Below are positions 9,459 through 18,624 of a DNA stretch of 64,000 nt, piece by piece. Made by a program: the position numbers and the translations under genes. Under the pieces are notes generated by a model. It was not told the origin of the DNA, did not search any database, and saw only the letters and a program-made list of their open reading frames with translations. The DNA comes from a virus (lineage: Duplodnaviria > Heunggongvirae > Uroviricota > Caudoviricetes), in the IMG/VR virus record IMGVR_UViG_3300014204_000008, positions 34,837 through 98,836 of that record. One strand, written 5' to 3'. How positions within the stretch are numbered: position 1 is the stretch's first letter; the number at the start of each line of letters is the position of its first letter.

Positions 9459-9653
9459 CTAATCATCACGTTTTACACGTCTTTTCTTCTGAGCAAAATT
9501 AAAATGATCATTTAGACGTTTTTTGATGAGCTTCAAACGAGTAACGATTGGCATTGTCTCAATCCCAAATGGAATTCGTTTTAAAGCATCCGTAACAACA
9601 TCATGAATAAGTTGCCACTCTTTCTCGTTTCCTACAAAACTATAAACCGTCAT
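9459..9653 (-). CDS. hypothetical small protein (64 aa)
   Basis: ORF only. Confidence 0.3.
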   Translation of the reverse strand: MTVYSFVGNEKEWQLIHDVVTDALKRIPFGIETMPIVTRLKLIKKRLNDHFNFAQKKRRVKRDD

Positions 9654-10039
9654 TTTTTGTCATGCCACCACTCTTTTTGATTATTTTCATTCATAGATTT
9701 TAAGATTACTCCCCTCTTTCCCACCCACTTATCTCGTCTTTAGAATAGATCCCCCGAGGGGAATCCCCGTGACCGCCGAACGGCCACAACAGACAAGCGG
9801 GCAGGAAGGAGTGGGGAACCTCCTTGAGTGGGTTAGACAATCACCTCTACCAAGTCTTCGGCGAGAAGATCAACCATAGAAGGTGCCCACGTGCCAATCG
9901 TGTCATCCGCCCCTCGCATGTCGATATGCGGACGGTACGTAATATCCGTACCTTCTGGCAGGATGTTAATCAGTGGGGCGCGATTCACCTTGAATTGCGA
10001 ACCTTCGACGAGGAAAACGCCTTTTGCGTTCTTATGGGG

Positions 10040-10351
10040 TCATACCTTTCCTGTTAATTCGTTAAGTCTCTCCTCTATCCTAATAAGCCGTTCATCCACG
10101 CGGTCGAGTTCGTCCATGGCGAAATCCTCAAATCGTTCAGTTACGAAATCCATAGTCTCGGTTGCATCTTTTCCATCTATTCTGGCATCATGAAAGGCCT
10201 GATTTACTGCGCGCGTTATCCTCTCGCTCGGCTTCATCCGTTCGAGCTTATCGTCTTCGGGGGCGATTTCTTTTACACCTTCCTTCTTAGGCCATTCACA
10301 ACCCATTTTCCCGCAGAAAGGAGTTCTTATATTTGGCGTACACTTGCACAT
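10040..10351 (-). CDS. hypothetical protein (103 aa, CxC ... CGKMGC N-terminus, acidic)
   Basis: ORF. Its TGA stop is followed in frame by 68 further sense codons (see findings). Confidence 0.45.
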   Translation of the reverse strand: MCKCTPNIRTPFCGKMGCEWPKKEGVKEIAPEDDKLERMKPSERITRAVNQAFHDARIDGKDATETMDFVTERFEDFAMDELDRVDERLIRIEERLNELTGKV

Positions 10352-10355
10352 ATAT

Positions 10356-10778
10356 TTATAGTGTTTTCACATCAATCACCCCTTTTTCGATGAGGTGGAG
10401 GAGTAAGAGGGCGCGAGCGTCTTGTTCGGTATTAGCAACAGTTACGTGAATCCAATCGCCTATTGGTTGTCCACTCGTCGTCTTATTCTGAATACCTAAT
10501 TTTATTCTTCTTTTTTTAACATTCGTATCTTGAATTATCATTGGATACGAATGTTCATTAGGCAGCATCTCTCCCAGTTCCGACGATAGGAAGGCGGAAG
10601 CATTCCATTCGATCTCACCAGACAAGATAGCAAGTTCAATACCGTCTTCTGGTACCTGAACAAGCAATGGTTCTTTGTTAAGGCTGTATTTCCTCCACTC
10701 GAAGCAACTCTCCTGCTTCACTCCCGCTTCTTTCAGCCTGCGGGAGAGTTCGAGCGATGTGACGTGGTTGGTGAGCAT
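10356..10778 (-). CDS. hypothetical protein (140 aa)
   Basis: Tightly packed - strand operon. Confidence 0.5.
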   Translation of the reverse strand: MLTNHVTSLELSRRLKEAGVKQESCFEWRKYSLNKEPLLVQVPEDGIELAILSGEIEWNASAFLSSELGEMLPNEHSYPMIIQDTNVKKRRIKLGIQNKTTSGQPIGDWIHVTVANTEQDARALLLLHLIEKGVIDVKTL

Positions 10779-10782
10779 AGTG

Positions 10783-11157
10783 TTATTTCTTCAACTGCTT
10801 ATATAACTCAGCACAAATGACCCGTGTTACTCCTTGTGCAATTTTCTCCGCCAACAATCGCATCATTTCCAGTTCGCTCGGAATGGTATCTGCCAAACGC
10901 TCCTCAAATGTGTACTCTTTCCCATTCAACGTAAAAGCGATGAAGAAAAGACCAGGTCGACCCATATCATCTATCCCCTGTTTAATAACAATGCCTTTCA
11001 AGAGATTGCCATCAGATACATGCGTCTTTACGATATTCTTCAAAAAACTACTCTTAACTTCATCGTACATATCTACGACGCGGTCTGGTGAGATCGTTTT
11101 TTCGACAACGCGGGTGACTGGTGTTACAGTTGTTGTGTGGTGTGTAGTGTTAAACAT
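10783..11157 (-). CDS. hypothetical protein (124 aa)
   Basis: ORF with a 4-nt gap to the next gene. Confidence 0.5.
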   Translation of the reverse strand: MFNTTHHTTTVTPVTRVVEKTISPDRVVDMYDEVKSSFLKNIVKTHVSDGNLLKGIVIKQGIDDMGRPGLFFIAFTLNGKEYTFEERLADTIPSELEMMRLLAEKIAQGVTRVICAELYKQLKK

Positions 11158-11298
11158 ATCGTTATTTCTTCTCTCTAATTCGGCGGTTTAGTTCGCGGAT
11201 GACAGATTTTTTAGTACGGATATGATCCAAGACGCCTTCATCTAACCCAGAATAAACTACCGCTTCCACCAGCTTCTTCACCGACATTTTTTTGAGGT

Positions 11299-11631
11299 TC
11301 ATATAATCAATTCGTATAAGAAGTTAATCGTAGCCTCATCCTGTTCATGGAGAGGTTTGAGGAGGTTCCACGTTCCGATCAAGTAATAATAGAGATGTCC
11401 TTCGTTACCTATAACAGCCGTAAAAGCTGTAAATCTCTTCAAGAGTTCTATCCATCCGATGTTCTTCGCTTTGTGTTCAATTAGTAAGCAAACATCCGCA
11501 AGCTGAACAGGAGTCTCTGATTCTGTCACGCTTCCATCATCCCAATTTTTCCCGTATTCAATATCTTGCCGAGATGGATTCACTGTAATACAGGCTTCAC
11601 GGATCGCTTCGAGCTTTTGTTGGTGGGTCAT
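11299..11631 (-). CDS. hypothetical protein (110 aa)
   Basis: ORF. Confidence 0.5.
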   Translation of the reverse strand: MTHQQKLEAIREACITVNPSRQDIEYGKNWDDGSVTESETPVQLADVCLLIEHKAKNIGWIELLKRFTAFTAVIGNEGHLYYYLIGTWNLLKPLHEQDEATINFLYELII

Positions 11632-11764
11632 AAGCCGTATAAATCATCGTAAAGTTGTTGAAGCCGATGTATCTTCTCTTTCTGCTCTTCTTTTATATAT
11701 TGGGGGGTGTAAGGATATCGTACCGCCTCTCGTAACTCTTCGATTCTGGCTTGTAGTTCTTCTT

Positions 11765-12124
11765 TCATAACATTTTCATGAGATAAGCCTCTACGTCTTT
11801 CATTCCTTGTTCGGGAGTATTAGGATAAGGAAATACATATTTAAGGGCTATATTTTCTACTACTTCCATCGCTCTTTCATAAATCCCGTGTTCTTTCCAC
11901 CCTTTTTTCTCCGCAATCAATGGAATCACGCGGATGAGTTCAGAGAAGGTGTAAGCCGATATCTTAGTGTCGATATGGTAACTCTCTGCCAAACGATACC
12001 GCTTCGTTAGACGAGTAAGTTGCATTCTTCCAAAACTATGTACCCATCCAAAATACGTCTTCTGCCCCCCGATGATCTCAAAGACCTTACGAGAGAACTC
12101 TAGGGATGTTGTTGGGTTGGACAT
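11765..12124 (-). CDS. hypothetical protein
   Basis: Track ORF 11765..12277 overlaps the upstream gene by 143 nt. Internal ATG 12124 (MSNPTTSLEF) removes the overlap. Confidence 0.4.
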   Translation of the reverse strand: MSNPTTSLEFSRKVFEIIGGQKTYFGWVHSFGRMQLTRLTKRYRLAESYHIDTKISAYTFSELIRVIPLIAEKKGWKEHGIYERAMEVVENIALKYVFPYPNTPEQGMKDVEAYLMKML

Positions 12125-12134
12125 ATGGTTATTT

Positions 12135-12458
12135 TCATAGGGAGGGGTTAGTTTTATACCACTCATTTCTTTCCTTTCTGCCACTTGCAAATGTGAACTC
12201 AATGAATGATAGAGATAAGCGGAATGTTTCTCCTTTTCGTTTTTTACAATGTTTATTTTTGTCGTATTCAATGACACGAGGACTTCTGACTGGTAGGAAT
12301 TGAGATCCCCAAGGACGATATTTATCTCTCTCTTTTACAAGAAACTCGTTTGCTATTTCACACGCTTTTTCTCTTGCGGTTTCGGATTCTGATTCAAAAT
12401 AGACAAATGTTCCGCATCCGTTACGAAAGAATTGTATTTGATAGAATTTCATATTCAT
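12135..12458 (-). CDS. hypothetical protein (107 aa)
   Basis: ORF whose stop overlaps the start of the next gene. Confidence 0.4.
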   Translation of the reverse strand: MNMKFYQIQFFRNGCGTFVYFESESETAREKACEIANEFLVKERDKYRPWGSQFLPVRSPRVIEYDKNKHCKKRKGETFRLSLSFIEFTFASGRKERNEWYKTNPSL

Positions 12459-12949
12459 TCAATCCTCACCTCAACCCCCTTCTCCGCCAATAGCTTTTCC
12501 GCTTCAGCGCGGGAGATGATTTTAGTAAATCCTTTAGGTAGAAGAATATATTTACTTTTAATTGCATCTAGAGACATTGATTCAAAGATAATACCAGAAT
12601 CATTCCTAGCTATAACAAGATGAACTTTCATCTTACATATCGTGCCAGTACCACGATGTTCGACTGTGCGATTAGCAACTTCATCCAATGTAAGAGAATC
12701 GAACGTCTTCTCCGGCTCTACAGGCAAGGCGGCAAAATACGAAATATGCATACATTTCATCCTATCATCTGAAGTCCTAAAAAAGATGCACCGATCATCT
12801 GAATCAAACCCAATAACTTCAAAGATCGTACCTGGTCTTATACCAAAACTATCATTTTTAAGAATAACGCTACTACCTTTCTTCGTTTGTGAAGAAGCTG
12901 GAATAGTACCAGTAAAAGATTGAAGTTTTTCGTGATCTTTATAAATCAT
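12455..12949 (-). CDS. hypothetical protein (164 aa)
   Basis: ORF. Confidence 0.5.
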   Translation of the reverse strand: MIYKDHEKLQSFTGTIPASSQTKKGSSVILKNDSFGIRPGTIFEVIGFDSDDRCIFFRTSDDRMKCMHISYFAALPVEPEKTFDSLTLDEVANRTVEHRGTGTICKMKVHLVIARNDSGIIFESMSLDAIKSKYILLPKGFTKIISRAEAEKLLAEKGVEVRIE

Positions 12950-13071
12950 ATATTTATTCCTAGATAATCAGCGTTATGAATGCGATAGACCAACCAACGA
13001 ATATTCCAAATAGGAATACCATTCCATATGAGAACCAGCGTTTCATCTTTTTCTGATCCATACATGTCGAT

Positions 13072-13326
13072 CTATCTTAGATATTTCGTACCAGAACTCG
13101 TTGAATACGAGATATCAATCATCTTCTTGATAATATCAACGAAATTCTGATCAGCCTCTAGGAAGCTTTTATCTGAATTGATAAGCGTACGGATCTGTTT
13201 CGTCGTATCCTCAATTTGGTCAACCGTTTTAAAAATCAATTCATCCTGCTTACGATTATCGACATAATTCATGACGGTGAGTAAGAGAACGATTCCTAAA
13301 GCGATAGAGAAAATTGCATCTTTCAT
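13072..13326 (-). CDS. small membrane or secreted protein (N-terminal hydrophobic helix)
   Basis: MKDAIFSIALGIVLLLTVMNYV. Confidence 0.4.
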   Translation of the reverse strand: MKDAIFSIALGIVLLLTVMNYVDNRKQDELIFKTVDQIEDTTKQIRTLINSDKSFLEADQNFVDIIKKMIDISYSTSSGTKYLR

Positions 13327-13365
13327 AGATATGATTACTATATTTTTTTATAATTGAATGTATTC

Positions 13366-14592
13366 TTATCCCTTCACGACGCCAAGTGGAGTAAGTTCAA
13401 CGATGATGTCGACAAGATCTTCCTGATTCTTCATGACGACATCAATATCTTTATAAGAACCTGGAGCTTCATCCAAATCCTCTACTCCTCGAATAGCATG
13501 AAGAACGCCCATATCGTCTAACTTCTTCTTCTCCTCTTCGAGGTTAAGTGTCCGCTGAGCTTCTCTGCGACCCATCTTCCGTCCTGCACCATGCGAACAA
13601 GAGTCAAAACTGTCCTTACAGCCCTTTCCACGTACAATATATGACTTAGTACCTTGAGAGCCTGGAATGATCCCTACGGTGCCATTTTGGGCCAATGTAG
13701 CCCCTTTGCGATGGACAAGGACATCCTTTCCGAAGTGATGCTCTAATACAGCATAGTTATGAGCGATATCTATGAATTCAGGAAACAGATCATCCGTACC
13801 ATCTTCATGAACGTGAGATCCTTTACGAAGATCCGATCCGCTTACATCAAAGATATCCTTGATACGATCCATCATCAGCTTACGATTCGCTTTTGCGAAC
13901 TCTACACAGTATTGCATCTCTTTCATGTAATCTTTCCCCTGTTGAGAATCGAGAGGAAGGAAAGCAAGATCCCATTCTTTTGGAACTGCTGAATGCCATT
14001 CCGCATTTAGATTTTTTGCAACTCCATTGTAGTAATCGGCCACTTTCTTCCCTAGATTTCGAGATCCTGAATGGATCATGATCCATATAAAGCCATCAGA
14101 TCCTTTTTGGATCTCTATAAAGTGATTTCCACCACCAAGTGTTCCGAGCTGCTTTAAAGCAGATTTATATTCCGATGAAACGATGTGGAGACCGGAAAAG
14201 TAACATAAATTCCCATTCTCTATCGCAACGCCATGAGGCATCAAAAGCTGATCCTGATCCTGTTCATGATGATTGTGTCCAAGAGGTATTTGTTCACGAA
14301 TCCTCCCCATTATCATCTTCAGCTGATCAATGGAAATTTCTGTTAAGCATGTTCGTACAGCTGTAACGCCACATCCAATATCTGATCCAACTGCATAAGG
14401 AATTACAACATTTTCTGTTGCCAAAACTCCACCGATTGGCATTCCGAATCCCTGATGAGAATCCGGCATGATCGCTACGTGGTGAAAGGCAAACGGAAGA
14501 TTAGCTAGATTCTTAGCCTGTTCTAAAGCCCCATCCTCGATCTCATCGAGCCACATCTTGATGGGTATATTCTCCGTTGAAATGATTTTCAT
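13366..14592 (-). CDS. rtcB: RNA-splicing ligase RtcB
   Basis: DSHQGFGMPIGGV, GGGNHFIEIQ, HSGSRNLG, NYAVLEHHF, SHGAGRKMGR and the full-length metal and GTP-binding residues of the RtcB family. Confidence 0.85.
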   Translation of the reverse strand: MKIISTENIPIKMWLDEIEDGALEQAKNLANLPFAFHHVAIMPDSHQGFGMPIGGVLATENVVIPYAVGSDIGCGVTAVRTCLTEISIDQLKMIMGRIREQIPLGHNHHEQDQDQLLMPHGVAIENGNLCYFSGLHIVSSEYKSALKQLGTLGGGNHFIEIQKGSDGFIWIMIHSGSRNLGKKVADYYNGVAKNLNAEWHSAVPKEWDLAFLPLDSQQGKDYMKEMQYCVEFAKANRKLMMDRIKDIFDVSGSDLRKGSHVHEDGTDDLFPEFIDIAHNYAVLEHHFGKDVLVHRKGATLAQNGTVGIIPGSQGTKSYIVRGKGCKDSFDSCSHGAGRKMGRREAQRTLNLEEEKKKLDDMGVLHAIRGVEDLDEAPGSYKDIDVVMKNQEDLVDIIVELTPLGVVKG

Positions 14593-14597
14593 AGATT

Positions 14598-15053
14598 TTA
14601 TAGATCGTAAAGCGTCTTTATTGCCTTCTCCCGTTCTCGTTTTAATCGGATCTTTTCTTCTTTTCTTAGATTATTAAAAAACTTCGTCCATTTAGAAAAT
14701 GGAGATATCAATCCATAACCACATACTTCATATCTAGGAAAAAATGGGAATATAAGACCCAAATCATCTACCTCACGTATCGTTGGAGCATTATCTGTCT
14801 TGATCTTCCAACAAGATGAATTAGAATTAACCTGTTTAAATACAGGAACGAATCTACCTGTAATACTATAAATAGATGAACTTCTAGCTATACGATATTC
14901 AATACGTGAAAAGAAATCATTCAATTCATTTTCTGGGATGTAGCGACGTTCCTGTTTTGTTCTAGAATAGAAAGCAATGAAACCTGCAATGATTCCAACT
15001 GTAATATATACCGAAAAGAAAAAGGCAAATACGATGCTTAGATTTATGAACAT
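14598..15053 (-). CDS. membrane protein (one N-terminal TM)
   Basis: Hydrophobic N-terminus, K/R-rich tail. Confidence 0.5.
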   Translation of the reverse strand: MFINLSIVFAFFFSVYITVGIIAGFIAFYSRTKQERRYIPENELNDFFSRIEYRIARSSSIYSITGRFVPVFKQVNSNSSCWKIKTDNAPTIREVDDLGLIFPFFPRYEVCGYGLISPFSKWTKFFNNLRKEEKIRLKREREKAIKTLYDL

Positions 15054-15222
15054 ATTTTACCTATTTACACTGCTTGATATGACAAGCACAGAATACAACA
15101 ACGGAAACAAAGTAGATAAACGTAACAAGCTGATATTCGGGAGAATCAGCAACGAGAACAGTAAATGCACAGAAAGAGGACAAGATAAGAAGTATCCAAG
15201 CAAATATTTTCATATATTTCAG

Positions 15223-15387
15223 TTATGGGTAAAGTCGTAATAGTTTGCCTACGAGTTCATTGATGATCGAATAGGCAAAACAGATAATGAATAGGACTAC
15301 ACAGAATAGAAGAAAATATCCAAAGATCTCCCTAAGAAAGAAAATGCACTTATCTTTCCACAGATGGATGATATCTTTAATCTTCAT
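15223..15387 (-). CDS. small hydrophobic protein (possibly leaderless)
   Basis: The track ORF starts inside the promoter. Internal ATG 15387 coincides with the predicted transcription start. Confidence 0.25.
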   Translation of the reverse strand: MKIKDIIHLWKDKCIFFLREIFGYFLLFCVVLFIICFAYSIINELVGKLLRLYP

Positions 15388-15393
15388 AAAGCT

Positions 15394-15422
15394 ATGATAG
15401 CACATTCTGATGCACTTGTCAA
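15394..15422 (-). promoter_or_regulatory. sigma70-type promoter, family copy (-35 TTGACA, 17 nt, -10 TATCAT, TGTGC upstream)
   Basis: Minus strand reads acTTGACAagtgcatcagaatgtgcTATCAT. Confidence 0.55.
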
Positions 15423-15426
15423 GTAC

Positions 15427-15828
15427 CTAATTCATTTGGGAAATTTTAATAATACCGGTGTATAACCCAATTAGAACAGATCCGACTAATGCTATAAGAG
15501 ATAAGAAACAGGTAATATCTTCAGCATCAAGATCCAAATTCCGCACGTTTTGACGCAACATTCGAATATACATTCGAAGCTTGATTATTCTTGATGAGAT
15601 AAATCGCTTGAATAGGAACATCCAAAAATCATATACCCACAAGACAGGAAACTTAGAAAGTTCATACTGTTCTGTAGGAACCCATTCCTTACATCTTCTA
15701 CAACTAACATGATCTAATTTCCTTCTAAGTTTCTTCTGCACGAATGGATGACCAACAAACCTACAAAACCACGGTCCAAAGATCTTACGCATCTTCTTTC
15801 GTAAACGTGCTTTCCAGTGAAGCTTCAT
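15427..15828 (-). CDS. tail-anchored membrane protein (C-terminal TM)
   Basis: Basic N-terminus. C-terminal LSLIALVGSVLIGLYTGII. Confidence 0.5.
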   Translation of the reverse strand: MKLHWKARLRKKMRKIFGPWFCRFVGHPFVQKKLRRKLDHVSCRRCKEWVPTEQYELSKFPVLWVYDFWMFLFKRFISSRIIKLRMYIRMLRQNVRNLDLDAEDITCFLSLIALVGSVLIGLYTGIIKISQMN

Positions 15829-15832
15829 AATT

Positions 15833-16090
15833 CTACGTATCTTTTTTAGAATCAGAAATCGTCACACGAAATAAGAACTCAGGATACTCGTAATTTGGAT
15901 CTAAGGTAAATGAAGAAAGAATCGCCCATTTGATCTCGAAGCAAAGATACAGAACAGCTGTATATGCTTCAAAGGCCCATAGATTTATAACAGAATCAGT
16001 CAGTTCAACCTTAAGCCCGCCAAAAGCATTTTCAGTTATTGTACATGGGAATATTCCCCAAACTCGACCTTTTCTTTCATTGGATTTCAT
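15833..16090 (-). CDS. hypothetical protein (85 aa)
   Basis: ORF. Confidence 0.4.
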   Translation of the reverse strand: MKSNERKGRVWGIFPCTITENAFGGLKVELTDSVINLWAFEAYTAVLYLCFEIKWAILSSFTLDPNYEYPEFLFRVTISDSKKDT

Positions 16091-16096
16091 AGGCTT

Positions 16097-16303
16097 TCAC
16101 GCTTCTATAAGAAGCTGCTTTTTTCGTGATTCTTCTTCACGAACAGCTTCAATCTCCTCAAGACGCTTCTTCACTGACTTTCCAGTACAGCTTCTGCTAC
16201 AACGAGGACAGTAATTTCCTCGAACAATGTAATTCTTATCAGGTTCTACGATCTCAGATCCGCAAGCAACGCAATTCGTTTTGATATTCATTTTATCATT
16301 CAT
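16097..16303 (-). CDS. zinc-ribbon protein (CVACG ... CPRCSRSC)
   Basis: Two CxxC pairs. Confidence 0.45.
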   Translation of the reverse strand: MNDKMNIKTNCVACGSEIVEPDKNYIVRGNYCPRCSRSCTGKSVKKRLEEIEAVREEESRKKQLLIEA

Positions 16304-16314
16304 ATATTAAGTGT

Positions 16315-16830
16315 CTATTTATCTCCAAAATATGCGATGATCTTTTCTACAATTTCTTCCGTAATTCCTGTTGCCCATTCCGTTTTGAAGAAGTGAGACA
16401 TCTGCTCAGGAAGCATATCAGAATCATCATCAAGAATAGCATACTCAACTACTTCAGTATGTTCATCTAACCATGCTTTAATCTCTTTTCCACGTTCACA
16501 CTCTTCCGCTCCTCCTGGAATTGGCATATGAGGTGTCTTTCCATAAAGAGGTGCGACGCGTTTCGATACTTCATCCGTAGATTCATCCCAAAGCCTCCAC
16601 GTTGAGCTGAGAACGACTTTAAGATCTGGAACATTGAGGATGATCTTCCCAACGAGAAACGAAAGATATGGATCAATGCCAATGAAACCAGCTGACGTAC
16701 GCTGAACCGTTCTTTTCGAATTTACAACACCATCTACGTCTAGAAAAAGCACCTTTATTCCTTTTTTCTTTTTGTCATCCATAAGAAATCTATTTATAGA
16801 ATTAGTTTCTCTACCATCTCGTCCATCCAA
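16315..16830 (-). CDS. HAD-superfamily hydrolase (putative nucleotidase or polynucleotide phosphatase)
   Basis: VLFLDVDGVVNS carries the HAD motif I DxDG. LSSTWR and ILDDD supply the downstream motifs. Confidence 0.55.
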   Translation of the reverse strand: MDGRDGRETNSINRFLMDDKKKKGIKVLFLDVDGVVNSKRTVQRTSAGFIGIDPYLSFLVGKIILNVPDLKVVLSSTWRLWDESTDEVSKRVAPLYGKTPHMPIPGGAEECERGKEIKAWLDEHTEVVEYAILDDDSDMLPEQMSHFFKTEWATGITEEIVEKIIAYFGDK

Positions 16831-16864
16831 TGTTGAATAGACGAGGGGCAGAACAACATTGAAC

Positions 16865-17236
16865 TTATTTCGCTGCGTCGAGACTACTTTTGATACTTCT
16901 CAAGAGTGACTTCATATCCTCTTGTTCTTCATGTGTAAATTGATTGTTATCCTCAATGACATTCTGCAAGAAGCGCGCAACAACTAATGGGACGACCACA
17001 AGTGGTACAACGTGCATAAGAATGATCCCAATCAACCTTCCGAAGAATGTTACAGGATAGATGTCTCCATAACCAACCGTCATTGCCGTAACACATGACC
17101 ACCAGATCGAATCCCATAAACTCTTTTTCTCCACAAAGGAGAATGCTATAGAACTCAATACGATGATGGACGCATAGATTACTGTAAGCTCCTTAAATGT
17201 ATCAGTAGCCCTAGCAATAGACTTTTGGAATTTCAT
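16865..17236 (-). CDS. minimal two-TM potassium channel (Kcv-like)
   Basis: 123 aa. TM1, pore helix, the canonical selectivity filter TVGYGD, TM2, and a short cytoplasmic tail. Confidence 0.7.
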   Translation of the reverse strand: MKFQKSIARATDTFKELTVIYASIIVLSSIAFSFVEKKSLWDSIWWSCVTAMTVGYGDIYPVTFFGRLIGIILMHVVPLVVVPLVVARFLQNVIEDNNQFTHEEQEDMKSLLRSIKSSLDAAK

Positions 17237-17237
17237 A

Positions 17238-17801
17238 CTAGAACTTCACCTTTGGAGCTTTCTCCGATCCTACGTCACTCTTAAATAGTGAACGTGGATC
17301 GAAACCGAACAGCTTGGCGAAAATATTCTTAGGAAACCGACGAATGTTCAAGTTATAGTTTGAAGCGGTCGTATTATACTGATCGCGAGCTTTTGCAATA
17401 GAATCTTCAGTCTTGCCAAGATCTGCCTGCAATGACTTTACGTTCTCATTACTTTTAAGCTCAGGATAAGCTTCTGTGATGACAAGGAGACGAGACAGTG
17501 CAGATTCTACATTCCCAGCTGCTGCTGCCTGTTCACTAGAACTCTTTGATCCAGCATAGGCAGAACGTGCATCGGCGATGTCTTTGAAAACCTTTTGTTC
17601 CTGACCCTGCGCGCCCTTTACGGTCTCTACAAGATTCTCGATAAGATCAAGGCGACGCTGATACTGCGTCTCAACCATCGACCATGACTTATCAACTTGG
17701 GTACCACTCTTTACGAGTGAATTGTAATTCCCGACGAGCCAAAGACCCGCAAGAACGAAGAAACCAGCAATGGAGAGAAAAATGATAGTAGCTTTAGACA
17801 T
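17238..17801 (-). CDS. lemA: LemA-family protein
   Basis: N-terminal TM, then NYNSLV ... QVDKSWSMVETQYQRRLDLIENLVETVKGAQGQEQKVFKDIADARS, typical of LemA. Confidence 0.7.
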   Translation of the reverse strand: MSKATIIFLSIAGFFVLAGLWLVGNYNSLVKSGTQVDKSWSMVETQYQRRLDLIENLVETVKGAQGQEQKVFKDIADARSAYAGSKSSSEQAAAAGNVESALSRLLVITEAYPELKSNENVKSLQADLGKTEDSIAKARDQYNTTASNYNLNIRRFPKNIFAKLFGFDPRSLFKSDVGSEKAPKVKF

Positions 17802-18414
17802 ATGACGGTTTTGATGAACGCTTATTGATTAAGTACGCGATACCAGCAATAACACCTCCTAGAAACAGGATCGTGATCACCCAATTAAGAATATACATTG
17901 GATCTGTCCCTTCTTCCTGAACAACCTTTTCGGTTGCTGCTGCGCCATTCTCACCAGGTGTTGAAACAACAGCTTCTCGATGCTGTTGATTCGACATAAT
18001 GAGGTAGAACGGAAGCCAGTCCATGATTCCACTATCTCGATAGTAAACAGTAGAACCTACTGGTGCTGTATATCCTCCACGAAACTTGGGAGCAAAGTCC
18101 TTATCAACGACATAACCCTTATTCGAATATGTCTTACTTCCTACCGTCTTTTTTGAAGGTGACGTTACTGTCTTTGTTGCTGTAGATGGCTTCACTGAAG
18201 GAGCCTTTGGAGGTGTCACTTTTGGAGCAGCTGGTGCGGTAACTGGAGAAGGCTTTGCTACCGGTGTAGGAGTTGTCTTCACCGTAGGAGTAGATGGTCT
18301 CGCTGCTGGTCTTGCAGAACCACCTCGCGCACCTCCGCCCTTAGCACTCACTGAATGAGGAATAAGAAAGACTGACACTAAGAGAATTGAGATAAAAACA
18401 ATGATTTTTTTCAT
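17794..18414 (-). CDS. secreted Pro/Thr-rich protein with a C-terminal membrane anchor
   Basis: Signal peptide MKKIIVFISILLVSVFLIPHSVSA, PT-rich linker, C-terminal TM. Sits where a TPM/YgcG-like partner is usually found next to lemA. Confidence 0.5.
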   Translation of the reverse strand: MKKIIVFISILLVSVFLIPHSVSAKGGGARGGSARPAARPSTPTVKTTPTPVAKPSPVTAPAAPKVTPPKAPSVKPSTATKTVTSPSKKTVGSKTYSNKGYVVDKDFAPKFRGGYTAPVGSTVYYRDSGIMDWLPFYLIMSNQQHREAVVSTPGENGAAATEKVVQEEGTDPMYILNWVITILFLGGVIAGIAYLINKRSSKPSYV

Positions 18415-18420
18415 AATATG

Positions 18421-18624
18421 TTAATTAGGAATTGAAACGATGATTCTACGAACAACGTGTCCTTCGTTTGGTTTTGATTTATAAATACCAGAAACAAATT
18501 CTTCGGCTTTTTGATTGTCATAGAAGACGTACATGAGTTCCTCTTCTCCATCATGATCCTTTTCTCGAAAGACCCCAAACATATAGATCTCTCTTACCGA
18601 TGTGGTTGAACCGGCCATAGGCAT
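18421..18624 (-). CDS. hypothetical small protein
   Basis: ORF. Confidence 0.4.
   Translation of the reverse strand: MPMAGSTTSVREIYMFGVFREKDHDGEEELMYVFYDNQKAEEFVSGIYKSKPNEGHVVRRIIVSIPN

Noticed and set aside
9824-10193. + strand ORFs 9824-10057 and 9891-10193
   Set aside because: They lie in the GC-rich island, where random open frames are long, overlap each other, and are antisense to the - strand operon.
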